From: an uncultured Acidobacteriaceae bacterium
GTDB lineage: Bacteria; Acidobacteriota; Terriglobia; Terriglobales; Acidobacteriaceae
DNA: 64,000 nucleotides
Assembly (NCBI GenBank): GCA_963770915.1
Contig: CAVYRG010000002.1
Coordinates: 28,203 to 92,202, forward strand
Direction: 5' to 3'
Shown piece after piece: positions 19,160-29,812 of the stretch. A program made the position numbers and the translations under genes. The notes under the pieces were generated by a model. That model saw nothing but the letters and a program-made list of their open reading frames with translations, searched no databases and was not told the origin of the DNA. Each line of letters opens with the position of its first letter. Position 1 is the stretch's first letter.

Positions 19160-20563
19160 TTACTTCATGTTTTCGATCATGTGACTTGCGAATTCGCTGG
19201 TCTTTACCTTGGTTGCGCCTTCCATCAGGCGCTCGAAATCGTAGGTGACCTTTTTCTGCAAAATGGTTTGCTCCAAGCCGCGCTCGATCAAGTCGGCGGC
19301 CTCGTTCCAGCCCAAGAAACGGAACATCATCACGCCCGACAAGATGACCGAGCCGGGATTGATGACGTCTTTATCGGCATACTTGGGCGCGGTGCCGTGC
19401 GTGGCCTCGAAGATGGCGTAGCCGTCGCCGATGTTGGCGCCGGGGGCGATGCCGAGGCCTCCGACTTGCGCGGCGCATGCGTCGGAGATGTAGTCGCCGT
19501 TCAAGTTAGACGTGGCCAGCACCGTGTATTCGTCGGCGCGGGTGACGACCTGCTGGAAGATGGAGTCGGCAATGCGGTCGTTGATCATTAGTTTCTTTTT
19601 CCAGGCGCCTTTGCCGTGGGTAGAGTAAATAGCGTCGAGTACCGACTTCACTTCTTTGGCGACGGACTGGCGAAATTCCGGGGGAGCGAATTCGATTCCG
19701 GGCTCGATGAGCGCGGCGTTTTCTTCCGCGGCGAGATTCGGGTTCTTGTCTTTGTTGTCAAGAATCCAGCTTTCGCGTTCGGTGACGACCTTGTCGCGGA
19801 ATTCCTGGGTAGCGAGTTCGTATCCCCACTTGCGGAACGCGCCTTCGGTGAACTTCTGGATGTTGCCTTTGTGGACAAGCGTTACGCTCTTGCGTCCGCT
19901 TTCGAGAGCGAACTGAATGGCCATGCGGACCAGGCGCTTGGTACCGGTGATGGAGATGGGCTTGATGCCGACGCCCGAGTCGAGACGGACCTGCTTCTTG
20001 CCGCCTTTGAGCATGTCTTTATTGAGGAATTCGATCAGCTTGGCGGCCTCGGGCGTGCCTTCTTCCCATTCGATGCCGGCGTAAACGTCTTCGGTGTTCT
20101 CGCGGTAGATGACGATGTCCATGCGCTCGGGATGCTTCACGGGCGATGGGGTTCCCTTGTAATACTTCACGGGGCGGACGCAGGAATAGAGATCGAGCAC
20201 CTGGCGCAGGGTGACATTGAGGGAGCGGATGCCGCCGCCGACGGGCGTAGTGAGCGGGCCTTTGATAGCGACCCGAAGGTCGCGAATGGCGTCGACGGTT
20301 TCGTCGGGGAGCCAGGTGTCGAATTTGGCTTTGGCTTTTTCGCCGGCGAAGACTTCGTACCAGACCACGCGGCGCTTGCCTTTGTAAGCCTTTTGTACGG
20401 CGGCATCGAAGACGCGCGCGGAAGCTTTCCAGATGTCGCGGCCGGTGCCGTCGCCTTCGATGAAAGGAATGATGGGATTGTCGGGCACGGCGTAGCGGCC
20501 ATTGCTGTAGGTGATCCGGGCGCCGTCGCTGGGCACCGGAACACCGTTATAGGAAGCTGCCAT
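19160..20563 (-). CDS. icd: NADP-dependent isocitrate dehydrogenase
   Basis: 467 aa. Motifs [32 protein letters not shown] and [23 protein letters not shown]. Confidence 0.95.
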   Translation of the reverse strand: MAASYNGVPVPSDGARITYSNGRYAVPDNPIIPFIEGDGTGRDIWKASARVFDAAVQKAYKGKRRVVWYEVFAGEKAKAKFDTWLPDETVDAIRDLRVAIKGPLTTPVGGGIRSLNVTLRQVLDLYSCVRPVKYYKGTPSPVKHPERMDIVIYRENTEDVYAGIEWEEGTPEAAKLIEFLNKDMLKGGKKQVRLDSGVGIKPISITGTKRLVRMAIQFALESGRKSVTLVHKGNIQKFTEGAFRKWGYELATQEFRDKVVTERESWILDNKDKNPNLAAEENAALIEPGIEFAPPEFRQSVAKEVKSVLDAIYSTHGKGAWKKKLMINDRIADSIFQQVVTRADEYTVLATSNLNGDYISDACAAQVGGLGIAPGANIGDGYAIFEATHGTAPKYADKDVINPGSVILSGVMMFRFLGWNEAADLIERGLEQTILQKKVTYDFERLMEGATKVKTSEFASHMIENMK

Positions 20564-20946
20564 TCAGACTCCTCTGAGATGGGGTGCAAAACTACCCATT
20601 ATAGCGGCAGGCGGCTGAGCAAAGGAGTAACGAAGGGCCGTAACTGCGCAAGGCACCAGGAAAAGCAAAATCTTAAACCGCCGAGATCGCAGAGAAGTGC
20701 CGCGGAGGGCGCGGAGAAAAGTAACCCTGGCAGCATCATATGGGGCTATGGGTAGAATGTAGTGTGCGATTTTATTTTGTCGTCCTGTTGGCTCTCGCTT
20801 GTTCGGTACCGGCTCTGCGGCCAGCAATCTGACGGGAACACTGGAGCCGAGAAGCTTAGCGCGCCTGAGGCGCCGTCGGCGGCGCCTAGGGACTTGGTTC
20901 CAGTGCATCGCTTCTGGGACCGCAAAAATATCTTCTGTTTACCGGC

Positions 20947-21216
20947 GTGGCGGTGTTTCGCGGGCTGGATTATGCCTCTACGCGAAATTTCGAAGCGCGA
21001 GGAAGAGCTGAGGTGCTTCTGCCTCAGGACGTGGTCAACAACTCGGCGGCGTTTGCCAGCATAGAGGCGGGAGGCGCGGCGACGTCGGTGGCTCTTTCTT
21101 ATCTGCTGCACCGAACCGGACATCACAAGATGGAGCGCTGGCTCTCCATCGCGCATATCTCGGTTACGGGAGTGGGCGTCGTGTGGAATTATTCGCTGAA
21201 GTCGAAGCACCCGTAG
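20947..21216 (+). CDS. hypothetical small protein, possibly the 3' remnant of a longer disrupted gene
   Basis: GTG-start 89-codon ORF with G/C-rich third positions. See the finding on 20764-21216. Confidence 0.3.
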   Translation: MAVFRGLDYASTRNFEARGRAEVLLPQDVVNNSAAFASIEAGGAATSVALSYLLHRTGHHKMERWLSIAHISVTGVGVVWNYSLKSKHP

Positions 21217-21274
21217 AGGCTGCAGCGCGCTAGGACCCTCAGCACACTCGACCGGCGAGAAGTCGGCGCTACTA

Positions 21275-24200
21275 TCAACACAAGCGGTTAAAAATCTCGC
21301 GGGTGGTATGGCAGGTCTGTAACAGCTCGATTTCGAGGCCCTGTGGAAAATCGCGACCGAGAATTTCCGAAACCAACTTTTCGGTCACCCGGTTGGCGTG
21401 CTCGGTGGCAGGCAGCCATTTGCGGGCGCGGCCTACAACCAGGCGGACGACGTGGTCGACGGTGCGCAGCAACTCGGCGGCGTGGTCGAGGGTGGCGGCA
21501 TCGGACTTCTCCAGGCTGCCCCCGGCAACGCAGCGCCACAGGCGGTCGCGCAGGCTTCCATTCTTGTCGCGAATGCGATTTTTCAGCAGAAGAAACGCGG
21601 TCAGGAAATCAATGTCGTAAATCGCGCCGGGCGAGGTTTTGAAGCTGTGCTCCGGGGACTCAACGGAGTCGAGTTTGGAGCGCATTTCACGAATCGCGTC
21701 TTTCAGATGCTCGTCGGTAGCGAAGCGCTGAAACAGAATTTGGGTCGCGGCAAGCGAGCGGTCTGCCAGCTTCCCTGTGCCAGCCAGGAAGCGGAGTTTG
21801 GTGTACATCAGGGCCTCCCAGGGCTGGGCTTCCAGCTTGAAATAGGCGGCCAACTGGGAAGGCGTGACCAGTAACTCGCCCTCACTGCCGCGGGGACGCA
21901 GGCGAGTGTCGATGGGGAAGGCCATGCCGTCTCCGGTGTAGGCGGCGAGCGCCTGCATCATCTGCTCAGCGGCTTTGGTGAGGGCCTCGCGGTCGCGGTT
22001 CTCCTCGCAAACGAACAGGACGTCGGCATCCGAGAGAATGTCGAATTCCGAACTGCCCAGCCGCCCCAGAGCCATTACCGCCAGGCCAGGGGGGGAACCG
22101 GCGAGCTGAAAGGCGGCGGCTATGGCGTCTTCCGCGGCGGAGGTGGAGGAAGCGAGGGAATCATAAATGTCGCGGGGGTCGATGATGTCGCGAGCACCGC
22201 TGGCGAAGGTGCGGTGGCGGTAGTGCTGCCGGAGCAGCGAAAGTTTCTCGCCGTAGGGCGCGGCGGACTCGCCGAGATAAGCAAAAACCGGATCGCGCGC
22301 GGACCGCATCAGACCCAAAACATTCTCGAAAAGGTAGCCGCCTGCGACGGAAGTAGGAGGTTCGTTTTCCAGATCGGCCAGGGTAGCGATTTCCTCGGGA
22401 TGGCGAACGAGAATGTCGGTCAGGTAGTCGCTGGCTTCGAACAGCATGAGCGCGCGGGAGACCGCTGCGGAATTGCGCAGCACGACCGCATAACGTTCGG
22501 AACTGCTGAACGCCGACCATAGAAAACGAAACAGGTTGGTGCGGGCCTGCGGGCTCAAGGTGGCGTGGGTGAGGGCTTGGTAGAGTTCCGGGCAGTCGGA
22601 CGAGAGCCGGTGCAGAATCTGCTGGTTGGAGAGGTCTGAATCCGCATCGAGGGTGCCGCGCAACTCGAAGGGCGCGTCGAGCACATGCTCGTGCCGGCGC
22701 GATTGCTGATGGTAGATCACGCGGCGGTAGATTTCGGACACCGCGGCCATGCGCAGTTTCACGATGCCGACCAAGTCAGCAATGCGGTAGACGCCGGGCA
22801 TGTAGCCTTCCATGGAGCGCTGGAGGATCCGCAGGTCCGACTTGCCCGCGGGAAGGCGATGGGTCTGCTGGCCGTTGCGAAGTTGCAAGCGGTGCTCGGT
22901 GTGACGGAGGAATTCGTAGGCGCTGCTGAGGTCGTGGAACTCCTTGCCGGTCATGTGGCCTTTATCATGCAATTTCTGAAGGGAAAACAGAGTACCGCCG
23001 GAACGCAGCCACGGGTCTCTTCCGCCGTAAACCCGCTGCAGGCACTGCACCAGGAATTCGATGTCGCGAATGCCGCCGGGATCGAGCTTGACGTTGATGG
23101 TTTCGCTGGGGGGCTCGAGCGCAGGGAGCTGGTGGCGGCGGGCGTGCATCTTCTCTCGCGCCAGGAGGGCTGTTTTGATGGCAGCGAAATTGACTCGCTC
23201 GGTGTAGACAAATGGCTCGACCGAGCGGATAAATTTTCGGGCCAGGGCGACGTCGCCGCCCGAGTATCGCGCCTTGATGAGCGCCTGGCGCTCCCAGTCG
23301 TGGGCTTGCGCTTCGTAGTACTGCAGCGCATGGGAGAGGCTGATGGCCAGTTCGCCTTCCCCGCCCTGCGGGCGGAGACGCAAATCGATGCGGAACACCG
23401 GGCCTTCGGACGTGACGCGAGAAAGAATCTCCGTAACTTGCTGGGCTAGGCGAACGAAATATTCCCGGTTGGAAAGGCCTGCTCCCGGCGGGGCTTCGCC
23501 GTCGCCATAGATAAACATCAGGTCCACGTCGGAACTGTAGTTGAGTTCGCTGCCGCCGAGTTTGCCCAGAGAGAGGATGGCGAAAGGCGTATCGACGAGG
23601 CGGCCGTCGCTATCGAGGTGCTGAGGCAAATCGAAGCGGTGGGCTAAACGAGTATCGGCCTCGCGCAACGCGTGTTCGATCAGCACATCGGACAGCGCGG
23701 AGATCTCCGCGGTGGTTTCCGCTAAAGGGGCGATTTTGAGAACGTCCCGCAGCATGATGCGAACGTACTCCCGCCGCTTGAAGCGGGCGAGGACAAGCGA
23801 AATGTCGGCTTCGAGGGAACGCGCGCGGAAACGAGCCAGCGCCTGATGGAACTCTTCGCTGGAAAGGCTTTGATCCAGGTTGTGCTCCCGCAGGAAGGAC
23901 GGAAGAAGATCGCTGTTGCGCAGCAGAGTCTCGCTAAGGAAACGGCTGTGGCCAAAAACCACCAACGCATAGTGGGCGAGCGAATTGTGCCGGTCGAGCA
24001 AAGCAACCAGGTCGGGCGATTCGTTCAGCAGGCGCTCGAAATACATGAGCGCGGAATCGGGGTCAGGCGACTCCGCCAACAGAACCGGCAGCGAGCCCGC
24101 CAGAGCCGGAGACAGACGCCGCAGCACTCGGCCCAACAGGGGCCGGGCCAGTTCCGGAGTTTGGAATGGAATGACGGCGCGTCCGGGTCGCGGGTCGCGG

Positions 24201-24301
24201 GTCCCATCGGCGCTCACGCCGGGTCGAGGTAGGCCAGCGGAATCCGCTTGGCTTGAGCGAAGCGGCGGACTTGGCGCGCTTGGCGTTTTGCTGATGGACA
24301 A
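21275..24301 (-). CDS. glnE: bifunctional glutamine synthetase adenylyltransferase/adenylyl-removing enzyme
   Basis: 1008 aa with two nucleotidyltransferase modules (GGSELNYSSDVDLMFIY and GSSEFDILSDADVLFV). TTG start, so the start is uncertain. Confidence 0.93.
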   Translation of the reverse strand: MSISKTPSAPSPPLRSSQADSAGLPRPGVSADGTRDPRPGRAVIPFQTPELARPLLGRVLRRLSPALAGSLPVLLAESPDPDSALMYFERLLNESPDLVALLDRHNSLAHYALVVFGHSRFLSETLLRNSDLLPSFLREHNLDQSLSSEEFHQALARFRARSLEADISLVLARFKRREYVRIMLRDVLKIAPLAETTAEISALSDVLIEHALREADTRLAHRFDLPQHLDSDGRLVDTPFAILSLGKLGGSELNYSSDVDLMFIYGDGEAPPGAGLSNREYFVRLAQQVTEILSRVTSEGPVFRIDLRLRPQGGEGELAISLSHALQYYEAQAHDWERQALIKARYSGGDVALARKFIRSVEPFVYTERVNFAAIKTALLAREKMHARRHQLPALEPPSETINVKLDPGGIRDIEFLVQCLQRVYGGRDPWLRSGGTLFSLQKLHDKGHMTGKEFHDLSSAYEFLRHTEHRLQLRNGQQTHRLPAGKSDLRILQRSMEGYMPGVYRIADLVGIVKLRMAAVSEIYRRVIYHQQSRRHEHVLDAPFELRGTLDADSDLSNQQILHRLSSDCPELYQALTHATLSPQARTNLFRFLWSAFSSSERYAVVLRNSAAVSRALMLFEASDYLTDILVRHPEEIATLADLENEPPTSVAGGYLFENVLGLMRSARDPVFAYLGESAAPYGEKLSLLRQHYRHRTFASGARDIIDPRDIYDSLASSTSAAEDAIAAAFQLAGSPPGLAVMALGRLGSSEFDILSDADVLFVCEENRDREALTKAAEQMMQALAAYTGDGMAFPIDTRLRPRGSEGELLVTPSQLAAYFKLEAQPWEALMYTKLRFLAGTGKLADRSLAATQILFQRFATDEHLKDAIREMRSKLDSVESPEHSFKTSPGAIYDIDFLTAFLLLKNRIRDKNGSLRDRLWRCVAGGSLEKSDAATLDHAAELLRTVDHVVRLVVGRARKWLPATEHANRVTEKLVSEILGRDFPQGLEIELLQTCHTTREIFNRLC

Positions 24302-24350
24302 GGCACTTAGCTCGGAATTTCAGCATAGCACGGCAAAACCAGGTGCCGTG

Positions 24351-24920
24351 CTACCACCGCTGTTTACCAAAAGTCTTGCGCACGCCGAAGACGTTGTAGC
24401 GCCCCCAGGGCCCGTTGAGTCCAAGATCGGCGGGGCCGAGATTCGCGTTGCGCGCGCCCCAGCGGTCGAAAAGGAAATGCTGGGTGGCGCGAAATTCGAA
24501 TCCTTTGCCGAGGTAGATCGCGGCGCCCCAGGAGCGTTCGATTCCGATGGCGTCCCAAGACCAGGTGTAGAGAGTTTGCGGAACGTTTTTGCCGAACAGG
24601 AGATGAGGCTCGCCAAAAAGCATGAAACGGCTCAGGGGGCCGCGCCCGAAGGGGCGAATCTCAATGCTGCCGGAGAGCATATAGCGGGCAAAGGCGTTGC
24701 AGGGAGCGTTGACGCCGCCGTAACTTCCGGCGTTGGAGGCGCACAGGTTGGGGTCGATTTCGTTGTGGGGAGGGGCGATATCAAACTGCACCCAGCCGTA
24801 CAGGGTGTCGCGAGGAAAGAGGAAGCGCCTCGATGAGTCACCGTCCTTGGATGGTTGCTGCTGAGCTCCGGCGACTCCACACAATAGCAAAGCGATCAAA
24901 GTCCACAGCAAGCGCTTCAT
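24351..24920 (-). CDS. hypothetical secreted protein, possibly a small outer-membrane protein (C-terminal aromatic residue)
   Basis: ATG 24920 preceded by GGAGG. Signal peptide MKRLLWTLIALLLCGVAGAQQ. Ends ...FGKQRW. The upstream part of the track ORF was rejected. Confidence 0.6.
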   Translation of the reverse strand: MKRLLWTLIALLLCGVAGAQQQPSKDGDSSRRFLFPRDTLYGWVQFDIAPPHNEIDPNLCASNAGSYGGVNAPCNAFARYMLSGSIEIRPFGRGPLSRFMLFGEPHLLFGKNVPQTLYTWSWDAIGIERSWGAAIYLGKGFEFRATQHFLFDRWGARNANLGPADLGLNGPWGRYNVFGVRKTFGKQRW

Positions 24921-25163
24921 ACGAAGCCTCCTCGAAGAATGTTTTGACGCTGTTAGGGAAAGACTTTGCGCCCGGCGGCCGAGAACCGGGCGTGTTAGGG
25001 TCGCCCCGGGAATCATTGCAGCTGACGCGTCGCCCCAACGCCCGAAAAATTGCTGGCCATTGTATCGCGGATTGCAAGGAAGTCGATAGGCGGCTCGGGG
25101 CCGTGAGCAGAAGACATGAGGCAGCTTGGAGAGGAAGGCATGGCATCTGCGTGGAAGACCCGG

Positions 25164-25194
25164 AACCACAGAGAACACAGGGAAGCGCAGGGGG
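25164..25194. repeat. family-C short repeat, copy C2
   Basis: AACCACAGAGAACACAGGGAAGCGCAGGGGG. Lies in the untranslated region upstream of the glutathione peroxidase gene. Confidence 0.55.
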
Positions 25195-25310
25195 ATTGCC
25201 CGAGGTCCTTGTTCTTCAAGAAAAGCCGTTGGTTCGGGTTTGCATCGACGGTCGGGCTCCGTTATTCTGGCTCGTCGGCGGGACCGCTACGCCGCCGGGG
25301 GGTTGCTGTG

Positions 25311-25862
25311 GTGAGATTGGGAAAATCCATACTCGTGGGGTTGGTCTTAATGATGGCTACACCGATGTTTGCCGGTTCGAGCATCTATTCGTTCACTCTC
25401 CCGTCGATTGATGGCGCTCCCCTTCCCCTGGCGAACTTCAAAGGCAAGGTGGTTTTGCTGGTCAACGTGGCCAGCCGCTGTGGGTTCACGCCGCAATACG
25501 CCGGACTGGAAGCCCTCTATACCAAATACAAGGACCAGGGATTTGTGATTCTGGGTTTCCCGGCCAACAACTTCGGCGGGCAGGAGCCGGGCACGAACCA
25601 GGAAATCAAGACGTTTTGCTCCACCAAGTACAGCGTGACTTTCCCGATCTATGGCAAGGTGTCGGTGAAAGGGGACGATCAAACTCCGCTCTACCAATAC
25701 TTGACCAAAGAGGCCGACCCGACCCACAGCGGAGATATCAAGTGGAATTTCACCAAGTTCCTGGTCGACCGCGAAGGCAACGTGGTGAGGCGCTTTGAGC
25801 CCGCAGTGACGCCAGAGTCGCCAGAAGTGACCTCCGCCATCGAGCAGCTCCTGAAGCAATAG
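25311..25862 (+). CDS. glutathione peroxidase (Cys-type), exported
   Basis: LLVNVASRCGFTPQY, GFPANNFGGQEPG and WNFTKFLV motifs. Likely GTG start giving the signal peptide MRLGKSILVGLVLMMATPMFA. Start uncertain (ATG 25350 is an alternative). Confidence 0.88.
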   Translation: MRLGKSILVGLVLMMATPMFAGSSIYSFTLPSIDGAPLPLANFKGKVVLLVNVASRCGFTPQYAGLEALYTKYKDQGFVILGFPANNFGGQEPGTNQEIKTFCSTKYSVTFPIYGKVSVKGDDQTPLYQYLTKEADPTHSGDIKWNFTKFLVDREGNVVRRFEPAVTPESPEVTSAIEQLLKQ

Positions 25863-26046
25863 CCAGGGAACCGTCCGCAAACATCTCTTTTCAACCGACC
25901 GTTCGGGCGGTGTTCTATGCAAATCTGTATTTGCCTGCATTATTCCTCCGATAAGTTGGATTGACAGGTTGCTAACGTGTTGCATTCACTATAGTTAGAT
26001 TTGGCCACTATCTTGCATGAATGCCTAGCCGGAGAGCGTCACTCAT

Positions 26047-26364
26047 ATGGGACAAGAAGTTTCAGTTTCGTATCAAGCCGTGAAGAGCAAGGTCTACAAG
26101 CTGATCGATGCCTTGGTCGAGGACATCAAGACCGAGGGGGATGTGCAAGAGTCCATGAAGCGGTGGTGGAAGCTTGTCCATCCGGCGGATCGGCCGGTGG
26201 CCCGGAAGTATCTTCTGGCGGTGCTGGAGAGGTCCAACGCCAGCCTGGAAGCAATCACGGACGGTCTGGTCGACTTCAAGGAGTTTGAGAGGGTGCCGGA
26301 GGCGGTGAAATCGCCAAAACTGCAACGCCTTGGAAGTCAGGCGCAAGCCGCCAGCCCGATGTAA
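26047..26364 (+). CDS. hypothetical protein
   Basis: 105-aa ORF followed by a clean terminator. No family recognised. Confidence 0.5.
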   Translation: MGQEVSVSYQAVKSKVYKLIDALVEDIKTEGDVQESMKRWWKLVHPADRPVARKYLLAVLERSNASLEAITDGLVDFKEFERVPEAVKSPKLQRLGSQAQAASPM

Positions 26365-26387
26365 CCTGGCTTCTTGTCCCCTGTTTA

Positions 26388-26418
26388 GCGCGCGGGATCT
26401 TGCCGCGCGTTTTCTTTT
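26388..26418 (+). terminator. rho-independent terminator
   Basis: Stem CGCGCGG (26389-26395) pairs with CCGCGCG (26403-26409). 7-nt loop, then TTTTCTTTT. Confidence 0.7.
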
Positions 26419-26445
26419 GCGCCCTAGTTTCCGAGTTCCGTCCGT

Positions 26446-28212
26446 TTAGTCCGTCCTGTATCGATTCAGCACATCGTCCCGCGAAATCGTCCCTTCCAAT
26501 TTGCCAAAGTTTGCGCGGCTGATCACCGGCACCAGGGGCCATTGGTTGACGTAGCGCAGCGCCATATCGAGGGGCTGATCCGGATGCAGCCAGGGGAGCT
26601 GGTGGACGGGAAGGACCGAGCGTAGGGTAAGGTCAGCCTTGCCCTCATTGACCATGGTCTGGATTTGCTCTTTGGCGATCATATTCCAGCCGTTGGGATG
26701 CTGACGGACAAGGAAGCTGGGAGACGCAGATTCACTTACCCGCCGCAAGACCTGCGACAGCGGCTCGCCATCGTCCAGCACAGGGGTAGGAGGCGGTTGC
26801 ATGGCGTCCTCCACGCGCAGGATGTTCTCTTCCCGCTGTTCTTCCATGGATGGCAAATCTAGGCCGTCCTGGCGGGTAAGCACGTCGAAGATGGGAGTCG
26901 GCTCCATGCCGCGGGAAATCAAGTAGGCGAACGTGTTAGCTACGATGACCGGCAAAATGATGGAGTAATTCCCGCTCACTTCAAGCACCATGAAAACCGA
27001 AGTCATGGGTGCCCGCAAAAAACCAGCGAACAGCACCCCCATCCCAACCATGGCGTAGGTGCCTGTCGACGTCGCGAGGTGGGGGAAGAAATGATGCTCG
27101 ACGCCACCCACCCAGGCACCCAGCATGGCGCCAATGAACAGCGTGGGGGCGAACATGCCGCCGGGAGTTCCGCTGACGAAGGAGAGGATGGTCGAGAGAA
27201 TTTTGAGGCCGGCAAGAATGCCTAAAAATTCCCAGGTGAACTGGCCGTGAATGGCTTGATCGATGATTTCGTAGCCCGCTCCCATCACTTGGGGCGCACC
27301 TAAAACGCCGATCAACCCGATGATCAAGCCGGCAGCGGCTGGCTGAAAGTACTGCGTCCAATTGGGCAGCGCTTTGAGGCGAGGGCGAAGCTGCGTAATT
27401 CCGCTGGAGAACACCAGTGAAGCAAAGCCGCCCGCAATTCCCAGGACGGCATACGCCACCAACTCCGCGGGTCGAACCAGCTCCACGGGCGGGACGCGGA
27501 AAAGCGGCTCGGAACCCAAAAACAGCCGCATGACCACGACGCTAGATACGGCTGACAGCACAACAGAGCCGAGAATGCCCGCACTCCAGCGGCCGATGAC
27601 TTCTTCGATGACGAACAGCACAGCCGAAATGGGAGCGTTGAAGGCAGCCGCGAGGCCGGCCGCAGCGCCGACGGGAGCGATGAGGCGCATGCGCTCTCGC
27701 GACAGGTGCAGGCGGCGACCAAGCGCGGAAGCTAACCCGGCTCCGATTTGCAGCGATGGGTCCTCAGGGCCGAGCGAATGTCCCGAGCCGATGGCCAGCG
27801 CAGAAGTGATGAACTTGCCGATCGCGGTGCGGAAAGGGACGAAACCGTTGTAGATGTATAGCGCAGCCTTGGTCTGGTTTACGCCGCTGCCGCGCGCCAG
27901 CGGAAAGACATGAATTACTAGGATCGCAATAACCAAGCCAGCCAAACTGGGAGCGAGAAGCAGGCGAAGCCGGGTGGGGGTTCCGGAGCCGAGAAGATAA
28001 ATTCTGCTCCACTCGATGGCATAACGGAAACATACTACCGCCAAGCCGGAAAAGATGCCGATGAACACGGAAAGGACGAGGAAGAACCGGTCCTCGCGAA
28101 AAACCAGGCCGAGCAGGGATTGCGAAGAGAGAACGGGAAAGCCCCAGGCCTGTTGACCACTGTTCCGCACCGCGCTCTCAGGTTGTGTCTTTATCGAAGC
28201 CCCCAACTTCAA
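26446..28212 (-). CDS. ClC-family chloride channel/H+-Cl- antiporter with C-terminal CBS pair
   Basis: 588 aa. Motifs GSGVNQ and GGMFAPTLFIG, many TM segments, CBS-like tail. TTG start overlaps the TPR gene stop, so the start is uncertain. Confidence 0.9.
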   Translation of the reverse strand: MKLGASIKTQPESAVRNSGQQAWGFPVLSSQSLLGLVFREDRFFLVLSVFIGIFSGLAVVCFRYAIEWSRIYLLGSGTPTRLRLLLAPSLAGLVIAILVIHVFPLARGSGVNQTKAALYIYNGFVPFRTAIGKFITSALAIGSGHSLGPEDPSLQIGAGLASALGRRLHLSRERMRLIAPVGAAAGLAAAFNAPISAVLFVIEEVIGRWSAGILGSVVLSAVSSVVVMRLFLGSEPLFRVPPVELVRPAELVAYAVLGIAGGFASLVFSSGITQLRPRLKALPNWTQYFQPAAAGLIIGLIGVLGAPQVMGAGYEIIDQAIHGQFTWEFLGILAGLKILSTILSFVSGTPGGMFAPTLFIGAMLGAWVGGVEHHFFPHLATSTGTYAMVGMGVLFAGFLRAPMTSVFMVLEVSGNYSIILPVIVANTFAYLISRGMEPTPIFDVLTRQDGLDLPSMEEQREENILRVEDAMQPPPTPVLDDGEPLSQVLRRVSESASPSFLVRQHPNGWNMIAKEQIQTMVNEGKADLTLRSVLPVHQLPWLHPDQPLDMALRYVNQWPLVPVISRANFGKLEGTISRDDVLNRYRTD

Positions 28213-29432
28213 CTCCCCCCGTGCAACTTTGATATGAGAAGCAGAGCCGAATCCGTGTCGGCGAGCGTTCCACAGCCGGTACTGGTTTGCCGCTCAATGG
28301 CAAAGACCAAGTCCATTGCCGTGTCAACCAGATCCGGATCGCGCCGCAGCCCCCGCTCAGTAATCTTGGGTTTCAGATTGTTCCAAGTTGACGCAAGCGA
28401 CTTTTCATCATTGCCGTTGCTCCCGGCAGCCGATGAGGAGGCAGGTTGTGCCGGCGCACCCGGCTTGAGTGGCGGAGCGCACGCCTTGATTCTCTGTCCC
28501 GCGCTCTTAAACGCGTTGATCACAAGGCGATTGCGCTTCGACACAGAGATCGGCCGGCGGTAGGGGTCCATTTGCATCACCAGCGTCGCGGTGTGGAGCA
28601 ACTCGGCGCTTTGCGTGTCTTGGGCATCGGCGGCGACGGCGGCTTCCAAGTATCTGCGAGCCTGTTCGTAGCGGGTGAGTTCAAAAGCCGCGCGCCCGGC
28701 TCCGGCCAGCGCGGCGGAATTTCGCCGATCCGCCCGCACAGTCTCCCGGTATTGCGCAAGCGCGTGCTCATAGTCCTGCACCTGCATGAACAAATCACCA
28801 ACTTGCAGGTGAAGTGCGGAATCGGAAGTCAGATTGGCCGCCAATGCGATCAATTCCGACTGGGCTTGGGTGAGAGCGTTCTGGCGTAGCAGGAACTGAA
28901 TCAGTTCCAGCCGGGCTGAGCGCCGATGCTGATCGGGATTGTCGGGCCAGGCCGCGTAGATGGCGTTGTGGTAGTAGCGGAGCGCCTGGTCCATCTGTCC
29001 CTTGCCCGCTTCAATGCGGCCCAATTCCAGATTGGTGGTACCGTTATCCGGCTCCCTTTCCCAGAGGTTCTGCAGATAGGCATAAGCCTCATCGGTACGA
29101 TGGAGAGCGGCCAGCGCCTGGGCCAGCTTGAGCTGGTATTGGTAGTTATCGCGAGAATAGAGGAGAGCGGAGCGGAGCGCGTTGACGGCTTGTTCAGATC
29201 TTCCTGCCTGAAGATCGGCGACCCCGCGGTTAAACCAGCGATCTCCTAGAAATTGCTGCTGCCGATTGTAGACTTTGGCCAGGCCGCCGACCGCGAGGAA
29301 ACTCACCACGGTCAGCAGGGAAAGCACGATCAAGACGACCGGCTCCCGAGTCGCATACCACTTTAAGTTCTGATCCTCGCCGCCTACGGCAGGCTCACCG
29401 CCAGAATGGCCGACTGGGTTTAGCGGCGGCAC
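28209..29432 (-). CDS. membrane-anchored tetratricopeptide repeat protein
   Basis: One N-terminal TM segment (VVLIVLSLLTVVSFLAVGGLA) followed by repeated TPR-like A/Y/L patterns. Confidence 0.8.
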   Translation of the reverse strand: MPPLNPVGHSGGEPAVGGEDQNLKWYATREPVVLIVLSLLTVVSFLAVGGLAKVYNRQQQFLGDRWFNRGVADLQAGRSEQAVNALRSALLYSRDNYQYQLKLAQALAALHRTDEAYAYLQNLWEREPDNGTTNLELGRIEAGKGQMDQALRYYHNAIYAAWPDNPDQHRRSARLELIQFLLRQNALTQAQSELIALAANLTSDSALHLQVGDLFMQVQDYEHALAQYRETVRADRRNSAALAGAGRAAFELTRYEQARRYLEAAVAADAQDTQSAELLHTATLVMQMDPYRRPISVSKRNRLVINAFKSAGQRIKACAPPLKPGAPAQPASSSAAGSNGNDEKSLASTWNNLKPKITERGLRRDPDLVDTAMDLVFAIERQTSTGCGTLADTDSALLLISKLHGGS

Positions 29433-29812
29433 GGAACCCCCGCCAGAGTGGTGTATGCTCCATTCCAGATGCTACGGTCGTGCGACCGGGCGGCCGACCA
29501 ACTTTCCGTTTCAGCTTCCGTCATGATTCCTTGCTCGTGAGCGGCTCGAGCAACTTTCTCCCCCTCAAACTGCGCGGAGTATCGAGCGATCTAGTATTTC
29601 TGCGCTTCTGCTTCGAGATTCTCCGGCTATCCAATTCTTACACAAATTTTCGCGGAAGGGTAATCGGGTAACCCGGATGAGACCTAAGTTTTTCACTCCA
29701 AGTGCCACCGCGGGAGAGTAGAGCTTCGGGAATTTGAACTTACGCTGCGTTTCGGGCGGCTTGCAGCGGCCGCCCGGAACGTAGTCGATAGGTAATCAAG
29801 CCCATCAAAGCG

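Noticed and set aside
25311-25862. Possible selenocysteine in the glutathione peroxidase
   Set aside because: The catalytic position is an ordinary Cys codon (VASRCGFT), with no in-frame TGA.
29480-29671. 63-aa plus-strand ORF in the TPR-htrA intergenic region
   Set aside because: The composition is Arg/Ser/Phe-rich, there is no SD, and the region must contain the TPR-ClC promoter on the other strand.
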